From NCBI GenBank assembly GCA_963794945.1, contig CAWCFT010000011.1, positions 1 through 64,000 on the forward strand: a stretch of DNA of 64,000 bases, given 5' to 3'. Each line of letters starts with the position of its first letter. Within the stretch, counting starts at the first letter, position 1. Position numbers and translations under genes: made by a program. Under the pieces are notes generated by a model that did no database searches, was not told where the DNA came from, and worked only from the letters and a program-made list of their open reading frames with translations. Shown here piece by piece: positions 55,314-64,000 of the stretch. The stretch comes from Endomicrobiales bacterium (GTDB lineage Bacteria; Elusimicrobiota; Endomicrobiia; Endomicrobiales; CAWCFT01).

Positions 55314-56395
55314 CTTAGTTTAAGTGAAGAAAGGGCAATGAGGGCGAGGATTATGCCGATTATCCAGAACCTGACAGTTACTTTTGGTTCGGCCCAGTTG
55401 CAAAGCTCGAAGTGGTGATGGATCGGGGCCATCTTGAATATCCGTTTTCCAAAACGGCGGAAAGAATATACCTGAAGAATGACCAAAACGGTTTCCATAA
55501 CGAACACGCCGCCTATTATTAAGAGTATAATTTCCTGTTTAATGAACACAGCTACCAGGCCAAGCGCTCCCCCAAGAAAAAGGCTGCCAGTGTCTCCCAT
55601 GAACACCTGTGCCGGATAAGAATTGAACCATAAAAACCCAAGCCCCGAACCCACCAGCGCGGCAAGGAATACGCTGAGCTCTCCGGACCCTGAAACAGGT
55701 ATTACCCTCAGATAATGCGCTATTTTGATATTACCGGAAAAATAGGCAAAAAGGCTCAAAGTCATGGCCGCGATTATAAGGTTGCCTATCGCCAGGCCGT
55801 CAAGACCGTCGGTAAGGTTTACACCGTTCGAACTGCCGACTATTACGATCATCACAAATAGCATATAACCGAGGTTGAGATCGATAAAAACATCTTTTAA
55901 GAACGGTATGTTTATTTTTGAAGCGTATTCGGAGCTCGAAGGATTTAGCCACAGATATACAGCCACAGTGAGAGCGAGCGCGCACTGCCCTAGAAATTTC
56001 TTTTGAGACTGCAGGCCCTTCGGATTTTTCTTCACAAGTTTCAGATAATCATCCAAAAATCCTAAAAGCCCGAGCCATACCATGCTTGCGATCATTATCA
56101 GGATAAATCTGTTATCGAGCCTAGCCCAGAGAAGTGTGGAGATCAAAAGTGAAATAAGAATAAGCAAGCCGCCCATAGTCGGCGTCCCGGATTTTGCCAG
56201 GTGCGTCGGAGGGCCGTCAGTGCGTATTGTCTGCCCGATCTTCAAGTTCTTCAGGTACGCGATAAGGGCCGGCCCAAGAAGAAAGCTGATCACAAGGCTG
56301 GTAAGTATCGCACCCGCCGAACGAAAGGTGATATACTGGAACAAATTAAGCGGAGAGAACACCTCTCTGAGCGGATAAAATATGTGATAAAACAT
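55310..56395 (-). CDS. mraY: Phospho-MurNAc-pentapeptide transferase
   Basis: GTPTMGG, NLTDGLDGL, FMGDTGS, MAPIHHHFE. Confidence 0.98.
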   Translation of the reverse strand: MFYHIFYPLREVFSPLNLFQYITFRSAGAILTSLVISFLLGPALIAYLKNLKIGQTIRTDGPPTHLAKSGTPTMGGLLILISLLISTLLWARLDNRFILIMIASMVWLGLLGFLDDYLKLVKKNPKGLQSQKKFLGQCALALTVAVYLWLNPSSSEYASKINIPFLKDVFIDLNLGYMLFVMIVIVGSSNGVNLTDGLDGLAIGNLIIAAMTLSLFAYFSGNIKIAHYLRVIPVSGSGELSVFLAALVGSGLGFLWFNSYPAQVFMGDTGSLFLGGALGLVAVFIKQEIILLIIGGVFVMETVLVILQVYSFRRFGKRIFKMAPIHHHFELCNWAEPKVTVRFWIIGIILALIALSSLKLR

Positions 56396-57791
56396 TACAT
56401 GACCTCTTCCCTGGAAATTATCGACTCAACTACTTCCTCAAGCCCCACACCGCGCGACCCTTTGAACAATATAACGCTGTCTGAATTTATGTGTTTTCTT
56501 ATCTCCGCTATCATCTCGTCCTTCCTGGTAAAATATTTTGTCGACGCTTCGGGGTCATTTAGAACCGAGAAAGCGTTACTCATTTGTTCTCCGTAAAGTA
56601 TCGTGCGGGATATCGGCAGAGCGCTTATGAACTCACCAAGTTTTCTGTGTTCCTGCGCGGAGATATCGCCAAGCTCAAGCATGTCGCCCAGCACAAGCAC
56701 TTTTTCCCTGTCCTGGAAAGAATCCACCACACTCTTGATGGACTCTCTCATGGAAGTAGGATTCGCATTATACGAATCGTTGATCAGAATTGCCCCCGAG
56801 ACAAGCCTATGTTTCTCCATTCTCCATTTTGGGCTTGAAAAATTCACAAGCCCTTTTACTATAGTATCTGCATCTATACCAAGCTTTACAGGCCAGCCGA
56901 AGCAGCCAGAGCGTTGTAGATGTTGAACTTTCCGTAAACAGGGAGCCTTACATGAACATGCTTGCCTGCGATATCGGCTTCGAAACTCGGCAGGTCCGGC
57001 CACAATCTCACGTTCACTGCCCTGAGCATGGCTTTTTCCGTGAAGCCGTATGTTATGCATTCTCTGTTTGTTTCGTATCCTGCAAAATACGGGTCATCTA
57101 TGTTCACTATGGCCGTGCCGTTGGCTGGGAGATTTTCTATAAGCACCCTTTTTTCCTGAAAAACACCATCCGTATTCTTGAAATTCTCAAGATGGGTCGC
57201 CCCAATGTTCGTTACAATCCCGATATCGGGCGCGGTGATCTCTGAAAGCCTCGCTATCTCGCCCGGCCAGGAAGTGCCAAGCTCTATGACCGCGTAAGAA
57301 TGTTTCGAAGCGAGGTTTAACAGGGTCAATGGCACACCTACCTGATTGTTGAAGTTGCCCTTGTTGCACAGAGTCTCACCGGCAAGGCTCAGGATGGAAA
57401 AGAGCATCTCTTTGGTTGTGGTTTTGCCGTTGGAACCAGTTATTGCAACAACGGGTATTTTCCATTTCCTGCGGTACGCAGCAGCGATGTCTCCCAGGGC
57501 CTTTAACGTGTCGCTCACTTTTACTATTGAGGGAAATGTTGGGAAGGCTGGTATGGATTTATCGAGATCAATGACCTTAAGTGACATGATAAGCCCGCCG
57601 GCTTTCTTGTCAATTGCCTGCTTTACAAAATTATTGCCGTCGTAATTCTTTCCCTGGAGAGCCAGAAAATAATCCCCTTTGGCCAGCGTTCGGGTATCTA
57701 TCGAGATATTGTTTACCGGGGCGTGAGGATCCCCTGAGAGAAACTCGCCTTTGGTGGAGTTAATTATATCGTGCAAAAAGAATTTTTCCAT
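56395..57791 (-). CDS. murF: MurF ligase (frameshifted near 56890)
   Basis: TGSNGKTTTKE, GNFNN, DSYNANP, LGDMLELG, KGSRG. Confidence 0.96.
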
Positions 57792-57813
57792 AATTGCCTA
57801 GATGAAGCGTGAG

Positions 57814-59294
57814 CTACTTTTCTATTGCGAGGCCGGCCAGGATGTATTTTCTTGCTATCTCGCCATCATTGAAATGGATTTTATTTTCTCCTATTATCTG
57901 GTAGTTCTCATGGCCCTTGCCCGCTATAAGCACGATGTCGCCTTTTTGCGCCATACTGACAGGCAGCAATGGCCTGTTCCCTGTCAAGTATCACCTGGTA
58001 GTTGTTCCTGTGCTGCCTTCTTATGCCGACTTCTATATCCAGAGCGATGCGCTCCGGATCTTCGCTTCTTGGGTTATCTGAAGTAACAAAAACAAAATCG
58101 CTCATTTCTGAGGCTATTTCCCCCATTATTGGCCTTTTAGAACGGTCCCTGTCGCCGCCGCATCCAAAAACGGTAATAAGGCTCAGGGTTAAGTTCCTTA
58201 AGTGCGCCTAAAACGTTCTTTAACGCGTCATCCGTATGTGCATAATCTACCACAACGGTGAAATGCTGGCCCGCTTCGATCTTTTCTAGCCTGCCAGGAA
58301 CCGGAGCCGCGTTCTCCAAACCGCTTACTATGCCTTCGATTGATATCCCGGACGCAAGCGCCGCTCCCGCCGCCGCCAAAGCGTTGTAAACATTGTATAG
58401 CCCGAGTTGTGGAAGATGAACTTTGCGGTGTCCGGCAGGCGTTACAAGTATAAAGTCAGTGCTCTTGCTAGTGCTTTTTATATTCAGGGCGCGTACCGCC
58501 GCTTTCTCGCCCAATCCGTATGAAACTACAGTAGAGGACAGCCCCGTGTCCGCGAGCTTAGCGCCCCATGGATCATCAATATTGATTATAGCAAATTTGG
58601 GATTGCCTTTTTCCCCAGGCTTAAGGTCTATGAACAACTTTGTTTTAGCCGAAAAATACTCTTCCATTGTTTTGTGAAAATCCAAGTGGTCTCGCGTGAG
58701 GTTTGTGAATATTGCGGTATCGAATTCGATCCCTGACACGCGACCGAGCGCAAGGGCATGCGAAGACACTTCCATGACTACGGCCTTGCCGCGTTCTTCT
58801 AATACCTCTGCAAAGAACTTGAAAATATCGCTAGCCTGAGGAGTCGTGTTAGGCGCCGGATAAGACTTCTTACCGAACCTGTAGTTAACGGTACCTATGA
58901 CACCGATGGGAATATTGTGCTCGGTAAATATAGATTCCAGCAGATATGTTATGGTCGTCTTGCCATTAGTACCGGTTACACCTATAATGTGAAGTTTCTT
59001 GTCAGGGTGCTCGTAAAAATTGGCGCTCATTTTAGCAAGCGCTTCCAGCGTATTGTTAACCACTATTACGGTCTTGCTTCCGACCTGTACCGCTTCATTT
59101 GCGACCACAGCGGCGGCGCCCGCTTTTACCGCATCCGCTATAAACTCTCTGCCGTCAGAGTGGTATCCCGGAAGGGCTACGAATATATAACCCTGTTCGA
59201 CCTTGCGTGAATCATATTCTATACCCTTGACCTCAACATCGCAAGGCCCGTGTATACTGCACTGAATACCTGACGTAACATTAGTTAGTTTCAT
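57814..59294 (-). CDS. murE: MurE ligase (frameshifted near the 3' end)
   Basis: [25 protein letters not shown] (DNPR is typical of meso-DAP-adding enzymes). Confidence 0.96.
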
Positions 59295-59301
59295 GGTTTT
59301 A

Positions 59302-61011
59302 TCACTTTTTCGAATATTCTTTTATGTCACAAAGATTTATAGGTTCTCTATCGGGCGATATTTGAAGGTAATGCACCACACGTGAAGCTATTTTGGAGAA
59401 TACGGGCGCGGTGCGGGAAGCCGCGTAATAATCCCCCTGGGGCTCGTCGAGTATTACCAGTATCGTGAGCTTTGGATTAGACATTGGTATCGCACCGCAA
59501 AACGAGGCGACATACTTAGAGGTCGAGTATTTGCCGGTCACGGGGTCGCGTTTTTGTGCGGTGCCGGTCTTTCCGCCAACTGAATAACCAGGGACCTTAG
59601 CCAGCTGCCCTGTGCCTTTCTCAACCACGGACACAAGAATATTCCTTAAAACCGCGGCAGTTTGAGGAGTCACGGCTTTTCTTATAACGCTTCTCTGCGA
59701 AGTATATAAAGTTTCACCCTCTGGATTTTTTATTTCTTTTACTATTTTAGGCTCAAGGAGACACCCGCCGTTGATCACTGAAGAATATGCGTTTATAACC
59801 TGGATTGCCGTAGTTCCTACCTCTTGGCCAAACGAAATTATCGGAAGCGATAGCCCGCTCCATTTTTCCGGAGGGCGGAGGAGGCCCCTGGCCTCTCCCG
59901 GCAGGTCTACCCCCGTAAGGCTCGCGAAACCGAACTGCCTGATGTAGCCGAATAGTTTGTCCTTGCCAAGCCGCTGGCCGACCTTCGCCATGCCAATATT
60001 CGATGAGTATTCCATAATACCCTCTAGGTTCAGGAAACCCTTTTTCTCGTGATCTTTTATTACGTGGTCATAAACCGTGTACTGCCCGTCCTCGCACCAT
60101 ATGTTCTCGGTCGTGTTGACTGCTTTTTCCTCCAGAGCGGCCGCCGCAGTTATCAGTTTGAAAGTTGAACCTGGCTCAAGGATGTCGCAGACGGCTGGGT
60201 TTTTAAGACAATTCGTCATAGCCGCGTAATCAGCCGGGTCGAATGCCGGCCTGGATGCCACGGCTAGCAGTTCACCAGTGTTTGGGTCCTGTATAATGAC
60301 CACGGCTTTCTTTGCCTTGCACTCGAGCCATGCTTTTTCTATTTCCTGTTCCGCTATGAATTGAATATTTCTGTCTATCGTGAGATATACGTCCGCACCT
60401 CTAAAATTATCCACATCGACTAGTTTGTCGGACAGCTCACGGCCCCTGCCATCCCTGTATTTTACTGATTTTACTTTTTTGCCGGTGAGATAGTCGTTAT
60501 ATAGAAGCTCGACACCCTCAAGCCCTTTACCGTCTTTGCCGACGACACCCAGGACATGGCATGCCATTTTACCTTCAGGGTAATCTCTCTGAAGTCCCTG
60601 AACGAACCCGACACCGGAAAGCCCCATGGACTTGATCTCCTGCATTTTTTCGGGACTCAGGTTTTCTTTGAGGGGAACGAACGAAGTCTTGGAAGCTAAT
60701 GAAGGCAGATTTTCCGGCAGGCTTATCTTTTCTTTCTTAAGCGTGCTTTTTAACCCGGCAAGATCGTCAACAGCTTTCGGGTCAACGAACATCGTGTAAG
60801 ATTTCACGCTCATCGCGAGTATCTTGCCGTTCTTATCAAGTATCATTCCGCGGCATGACATCTCGGGTTTTTCGCGGTGAGTGAGTTTTTCCACCTGCCT
60901 ATTGAGCTCATCGTGGCTCCATACCTGCAGGAAGAAAAGTTTCATCCCTACAGCGATAAAACTCAGGGCCAACCCGAGAAAAACGATGATTGTCCGTCCG
61001 TTTCTTATCAT
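59302..61011 (-). CDS. ftsI: Class B penicillin-binding protein, FtsI-like
   Basis: EPGSTFK, SSN, KTGT; dcw position. Confidence 0.93.
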   Translation of the reverse strand: MIRNGRTIIVFLGLALSFIAVGMKLFFLQVWSHDELNRQVEKLTHREKPEMSCRGMILDKNGKILAMSVKSYTMFVDPKAVDDLAGLKSTLKKEKISLPENLPSLASKTSFVPLKENLSPEKMQEIKSMGLSGVGFVQGLQRDYPEGKMACHVLGVVGKDGKGLEGVELLYNDYLTGKKVKSVKYRDGRGRELSDKLVDVDNFRGADVYLTIDRNIQFIAEQEIEKAWLECKAKKAVVIIQDPNTGELLAVASRPAFDPADYAAMTNCLKNPAVCDILEPGSTFKLITAAAALEEKAVNTTENIWCEDGQYTVYDHVIKDHEKKGFLNLEGIMEYSSNIGMAKVGQRLGKDKLFGYIRQFGFASLTGVDLPGEARGLLRPPEKWSGLSLPIISFGQEVGTTAIQVINAYSSVINGGCLLEPKIVKEIKNPEGETLYTSQRSVIRKAVTPQTAAVLRNILVSVVEKGTGQLAKVPGYSVGGKTGTAQKRDPVTGKYSTSKYVASFCGAIPMSNPKLTILVILDEPQGDYYAASRTAPVFSKIASRVVHYLQISPDREPINLCDIKEYSKK

Positions 61012-61115
61012 CTTGAGATGTCGTCGCCTTACTTTAACGCTTTCTCAATAACCTGGAGACAATCTTAATAAATATTAGAGAATTCCAAAAAACATTCGTT
61101 AGCAGCATTATTATG

Positions 61116-61368
61116 TTATCCTTTCAAATATATTATCTTCTTTTCATCCGGCGTAACAAGCTTTTTTTCCTTTGCGACCATATCAAGCCTTTCCATAGAA
61201 AGCAGTCTGTTGATCTTAAGCCGCAGGGCTTTATTATCCTGCTCCCATGTTTCGCAATCTTTTCTGCAGTTATCGACCGAATACCCCAGCCTTATCGATT
61301 GTGTTCTGCTGCCAGACATAAAAAACCAGAACAAAAGCCACAACAGTAAGGAGCCCAAAATATTTCAT
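61116..61368 (-). CDS. ftsL: FtsL-like cell division protein (frameshifted)
   Basis: MKYFGLLTVVAFVLVFYVWQQ joined to TQSIRLGY...LLSMERL..AKEK; lies between rsmH and ftsI. Confidence 0.8.
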
Positions 61369-61371
61369 GTC

Positions 61372-62352
61372 TTATATCCTTTCGGCACAGCGCAGCTTCG
61401 CGCTTCTGCTTCTCGGGTTTACTTTTTCTTCTTCAGGGGATGCAAATATTACTTTTTTCGTGAGTATCTTCAAAAGCCCTTCCTGCGCTTTTTCCTTGAA
61501 TGATTGTTTTATCATTCGGTCTTCGAGCGAGTGGTAGCTCAGCGTCACTATCCTGCCTTCCTTTGAAAGTGCCTGAGGCATGGAAGACAGCACGCTTTGT
61601 AGGTTTTCAAGCTCACCGTTCACAGCGATCCTTAGCGCCTGGAACACTAGCGTTGCGGGATTGATCCGGCCGTGAGCCTTTTTAACACTTCCCACGATAT
61701 CTGTAAGTCGCAATGCCGATGCAACTCTCGCTTTCGCCCGTTCAACAACTATCGCTCTAGCAATCTGCCTGGACATCCTTTCTTCGCCGTATTCGAAGAA
61801 TATTCCGGCAAGCTCTTCTTCAGTCCACGTATTAACTATTTCCTGCGCCGATGTGCCGCCCGACCGGTCCATGCGCATATCGAGCGTCTGCGACTTAAAG
61901 CTGAATCCTCTTCCGGTTTCGTCAACCTGATGCGAAGAGATTCCGAGGTCGAGCAGAAAACCAGCGGCTCCGCCGGAAAATGCTTTCATCATAGACTGGG
62001 GCACTTCTTGAATAAAAGTAAAATTAATAGTTCCTGCTTCGGTCCCAGCTAGCGGGTGCCGATGAGGCATTTCTGCAACGGAGCCTGTCTGGTTACCAAA
62101 CAACGAGCTAATATCTTTAAAATTACCTTTTATTATACTGACCCTATCACCAAACCGCGCGAGCTTTTCCGAAGCTGTCTTAATAGCGTCTTCATCCCTG
62201 TCTATACCTATTATCTTTATATTCTCATGGTGTTCCAGCAGGTACTCGCTGTGTCCCCCGCCGCCCAGTGTACAGTCAACATAAACGCCGTTTTCATCGT
62301 TGACAAGAAACTCATCGACTTCTTTCGGCATCACAGGCAAATGGTATGTCAT
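61372..62352 (-). CDS. rsmH: 16S rRNA m4C1402 methyltransferase with a ~40-aa insertion
   Basis: DCTLGGGGHS, LLDLGISS, FQALRIAVN.EL, YHSLEDR, NPRSRSAKLR. Confidence 0.97.
   Translation of the reverse strand: MTYHLPVMPKEVDEFLVNDENGVYVDCTLGGGGHSEYLLEHHENIKIIGIDRDEDAIKTASEKLARFGDRVSIIKGNFKDISSLFGNQTGSVAEMPHRHPLAGTEAGTINFTFIQEVPQSMMKAFSGGAAGFLLDLGISSHQVDETGRGFSFKSQTLDMRMDRSGGTSAQEIVNTWTEEELAGIFFEYGEERMSRQIARAIVVERAKARVASALRLTDIVGSVKKAHGRINPATLVFQALRIAVNGELENLQSVLSSMPQALSKEGRIVTLSYHSLEDRMIKQSFKEKAQEGLLKILTKKVIFASPEEEKVNPRSRSAKLRCAERI
61966..62085. repeat. 120-nt palindromic element in frame within rsmH
   Basis: mRNA-strand arms GGCTCCGTTGCAGAAATGCCTCATC and GATGAAAGCATTTTCCGGCGGAGCC pair along nearly their whole length; exactly 40 codons. 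Confidence 0.75.
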
Positions 62353-62774
62353 ATTTCAAGTTTACCCGCCAAGGTTTTGAAAGACAGATCGGCGTGAGCT
62401 TTGTAATATTTTTTCCAACTGCCATGATCCCACACTTCAAGCCTGTTACCGACGCCTATAATTATGATCTCTGAGTTTATCGCCGCGTAGCCTTTTAAGG
62501 CCTGAGGTATGATAATCCTCCCTTGGAAATCAGGAGTTATCTCGTGAGCGCCGGAAAGCAGTGCCCGTTTAAAAGCTCTCTCTTGAAGTTTATTCTTAAG
62601 CGAAAGATTATCGAGCTTCTCCAGTACTTTTTCCCACACGGAAATATCGTAGAGATAGAGACAGCTCTCCAGCCCTCTGGTTATTATGAATTTTTTATTT
62701 TTTGCCCTGAATTTCGCGGGCAGGAATACACGGTTTTTAATATCAACCGTATGGACATATTGACCGATGTACAT
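62349..62774 (-). CDS. mraZ: Transcriptional regulator MraZ
   Basis: D.KNRV.LPAKFR, D.QGRI.IP, GVGNRLEVW. Confidence 0.96.
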   Translation of the reverse strand: MYIGQYVHTVDIKNRVFLPAKFRAKNKKFIITRGLESCLYLYDISVWEKVLEKLDNLSLKNKLQERAFKRALLSGAHEITPDFQGRIIIPQALKGYAAINSEIIIIGVGNRLEVWDHGSWKKYYKAHADLSFKTLAGKLEI

Positions 62775-62842
62775 CTTTGCCGCCTCTGTTAGTTTACCTC
62801 AAGTTGCACCCAGCAGTTTCTATGTGGCAATTGGGACTTCAA

Positions 62843-62905
62843 ACTACTTTCCACCACTATCCACCACCGCACTAAAAGTATACTTATTTGCCCTATATTT
62901 GTCAA
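62843..62905 (-). promoter_or_regulatory. mraZ promoter with probable MraZ-binding direct repeats
   Basis: TTGACA-17-TATACT followed by GTGGTGGATA/GTGGTGGAAA/GTAG at a 10-nt period. Confidence 0.75.
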
Positions 62906-62920
62906 GCCTGATAAAAATAT

Positions 62921-63021
62921 TTATTCACAATTTATGGTTGGGGATACTTTGGGGATAAGATGACAGTTAATCGACGATTATTGTTTTAGGTATAAGTGGG
63001 TTTGAAAAAGGCTGTGGATAA
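62921..63021. promoter_or_regulatory. DnaA-box cluster upstream of mraZ
   Basis: TTATTCACA (62921, +), TTATCCCCA (62950-62958, -), perfect TTATCCACA (63013-63021, -), plus weaker matches. Confidence 0.6.
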
Positions 63022-63060
63022 GGGCGCACAGAAATTAAGCGCCAGGTTGGTTATTTTGTT

Positions 63061-63420
63061 TTAGAAAAACATCATCTTTACGGAAGTAAGTAACAGTATG
63101 AAACCGAAGCCCCTCTTGAGTGTTTCTTCAGGGATATTTATTGAGACTTTTGCCCCGATCAACCCTCCAATCAAAAAACCGGCCGCCACAAGCACGGCAA
63201 CAGGGATATTTATAAATCCTTTTTTGTAATAGACCATCGCGGCAAGCAATCCCACAGGAGGTATCATTACGGCAAGTGATGTTCCCTGAGCCTGGTGCTG
63301 GCTTAACCCAAAAAGCAAAACAAGAGCCGGCACCATGATTATTCCTCCACCGATCCCGAGAAGCCCGCTTAGCACACCCGCGGCCGTACCGAGTAAAATG
63401 TACATAAGTAGTTGAATCAT
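63061..63420 (-). CDS. TauE/SafE (TSUP) family membrane protein, half-size
   Basis: AGVLSGLLGIGGG...VP, QHQAQGTSLA; ATG at 63420 has an AAGGAG RBS. Confidence 0.88.
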   Translation of the reverse strand: MIQLLMYILLGTAAGVLSGLLGIGGGIIMVPALVLLFGLSQHQAQGTSLAVMIPPVGLLAAMVYYKKGFINIPVAVLVAAGFLIGGLIGAKVSINIPEETLKRGFGFILLLTSVKMMFF

Positions 63421-63530
63421 ATTATCTCCTTTCGCAGCAGTCAAAAATAAACGGAGCCCGATGCATAAATTCACTAAAATCCGTTTGCAGGCATTTCAGG
63501 GATTATACGCGGCGGACTCCGTAATGATTT

Positions 63531-63995
63531 TAGATAACCTATACACCGAATTCTGTATCCCGCCGAGGCGGGACCAGGATCATTTCTCTGCCCCGTAAAT
63601 TACTTTACGGGATCAAGCGGCTTGCGATTCAAGCCCTTTCTTCGATCTTATCGAAGATCAGGCATCAGCCTTGCTTCCCAGTAAGGATTTAGCCGTTTCA
63701 CCCCCGGTATTACTGCCGGGGCTCGCCCCAATTAGCCGGGGTGGTCAGGGCTTTCGCCCAAAACCGTCTCTGTTCGCACCTCTCGCCGCTGCTCCGCAGC
63801 GGAAATCCCAATAAATCAATTTCTAAATCCTAACAGGATTAGCTACTTTTTAGGATATCGAAATTAGAAATTGGTGTTTCCGTTGCGAAGCAACGACTGA
63901 TGGGGATTACCCACTACCGTTTCCGCCTATGGCGGATGAAGTCCGGACTTTCCTCCCCCCGCCAAAAACACAGGGAGCGATCCTGCGGTTATCTA
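63531..63995 (-). ncRNA. rnpB: RNase P RNA, about 465 nt, with a long insertion at P9
   Basis: GAGGAAAGTCCGG, AACAGAGA, GGGTGAAACGG, GCAAG, AAATGATC, ACAGAATTCGG; P1 formed by TAGATAACC/GGTTATCTA. Confidence 0.95.
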
Positions 63996-64000
63996 AAAGA

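Noticed and set aside
62921..63021. Replication origin
   Set aside because: Few boxes, no dnaA/dnaN neighbours and no strand switch; kept only as a regulatory candidate.

Overview
A 64 kb stretch of core bacterial chromosome in which essentially every real gene lies on the minus strand. My impression is an Elusimicrobiota-like anaerobe, but that is inferred, not established. In transcription order (right to left) it holds: RNase P RNA, a TauE-like gene, the dcw cluster (mraZ to murG), an NmrA-like gene, prfC, surE, a 1076-aa transglutaminase-like/VWA protein, uvrB, a receiver-domain protein, nadC, birA, a nitroreductase, an HTH-less LacI-type protein, a LUD-domain protein, rex, a Gx-transporter/EcfT fusion, the F1Fo operon (atpBEFHAGDC), rpsB-tsf-frr-ferredoxin-uppS-cdsA-dxr-rseP-ispG-greA, vapBC, proS, an envelope insert (GT-C, LysE, PHP-GT4, AsmA-like), rimP-nusA-infB-rbfA-nrnA-truB-ribF, a truncated EF-G stub, a TMTC-like glycosyltransferase and a small lipoprotein. 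About 16 genes, many essential, are split by frameshifts that most likely reflect uncorrected indel errors. The most striking signal is a dense population of non-coding palindromic elements. About a dozen hairpins built from 7-8 nt tandem units sit between operon genes, and several other REP-like families occur, some nested. Palindromes also lie inside genes: a 120-nt element in frame in rsmH, a 113-nt heptamer hairpin in the P9 position of RNase P RNA, and one encoding the C-terminus of IspG. No transposase gene is present in the window.
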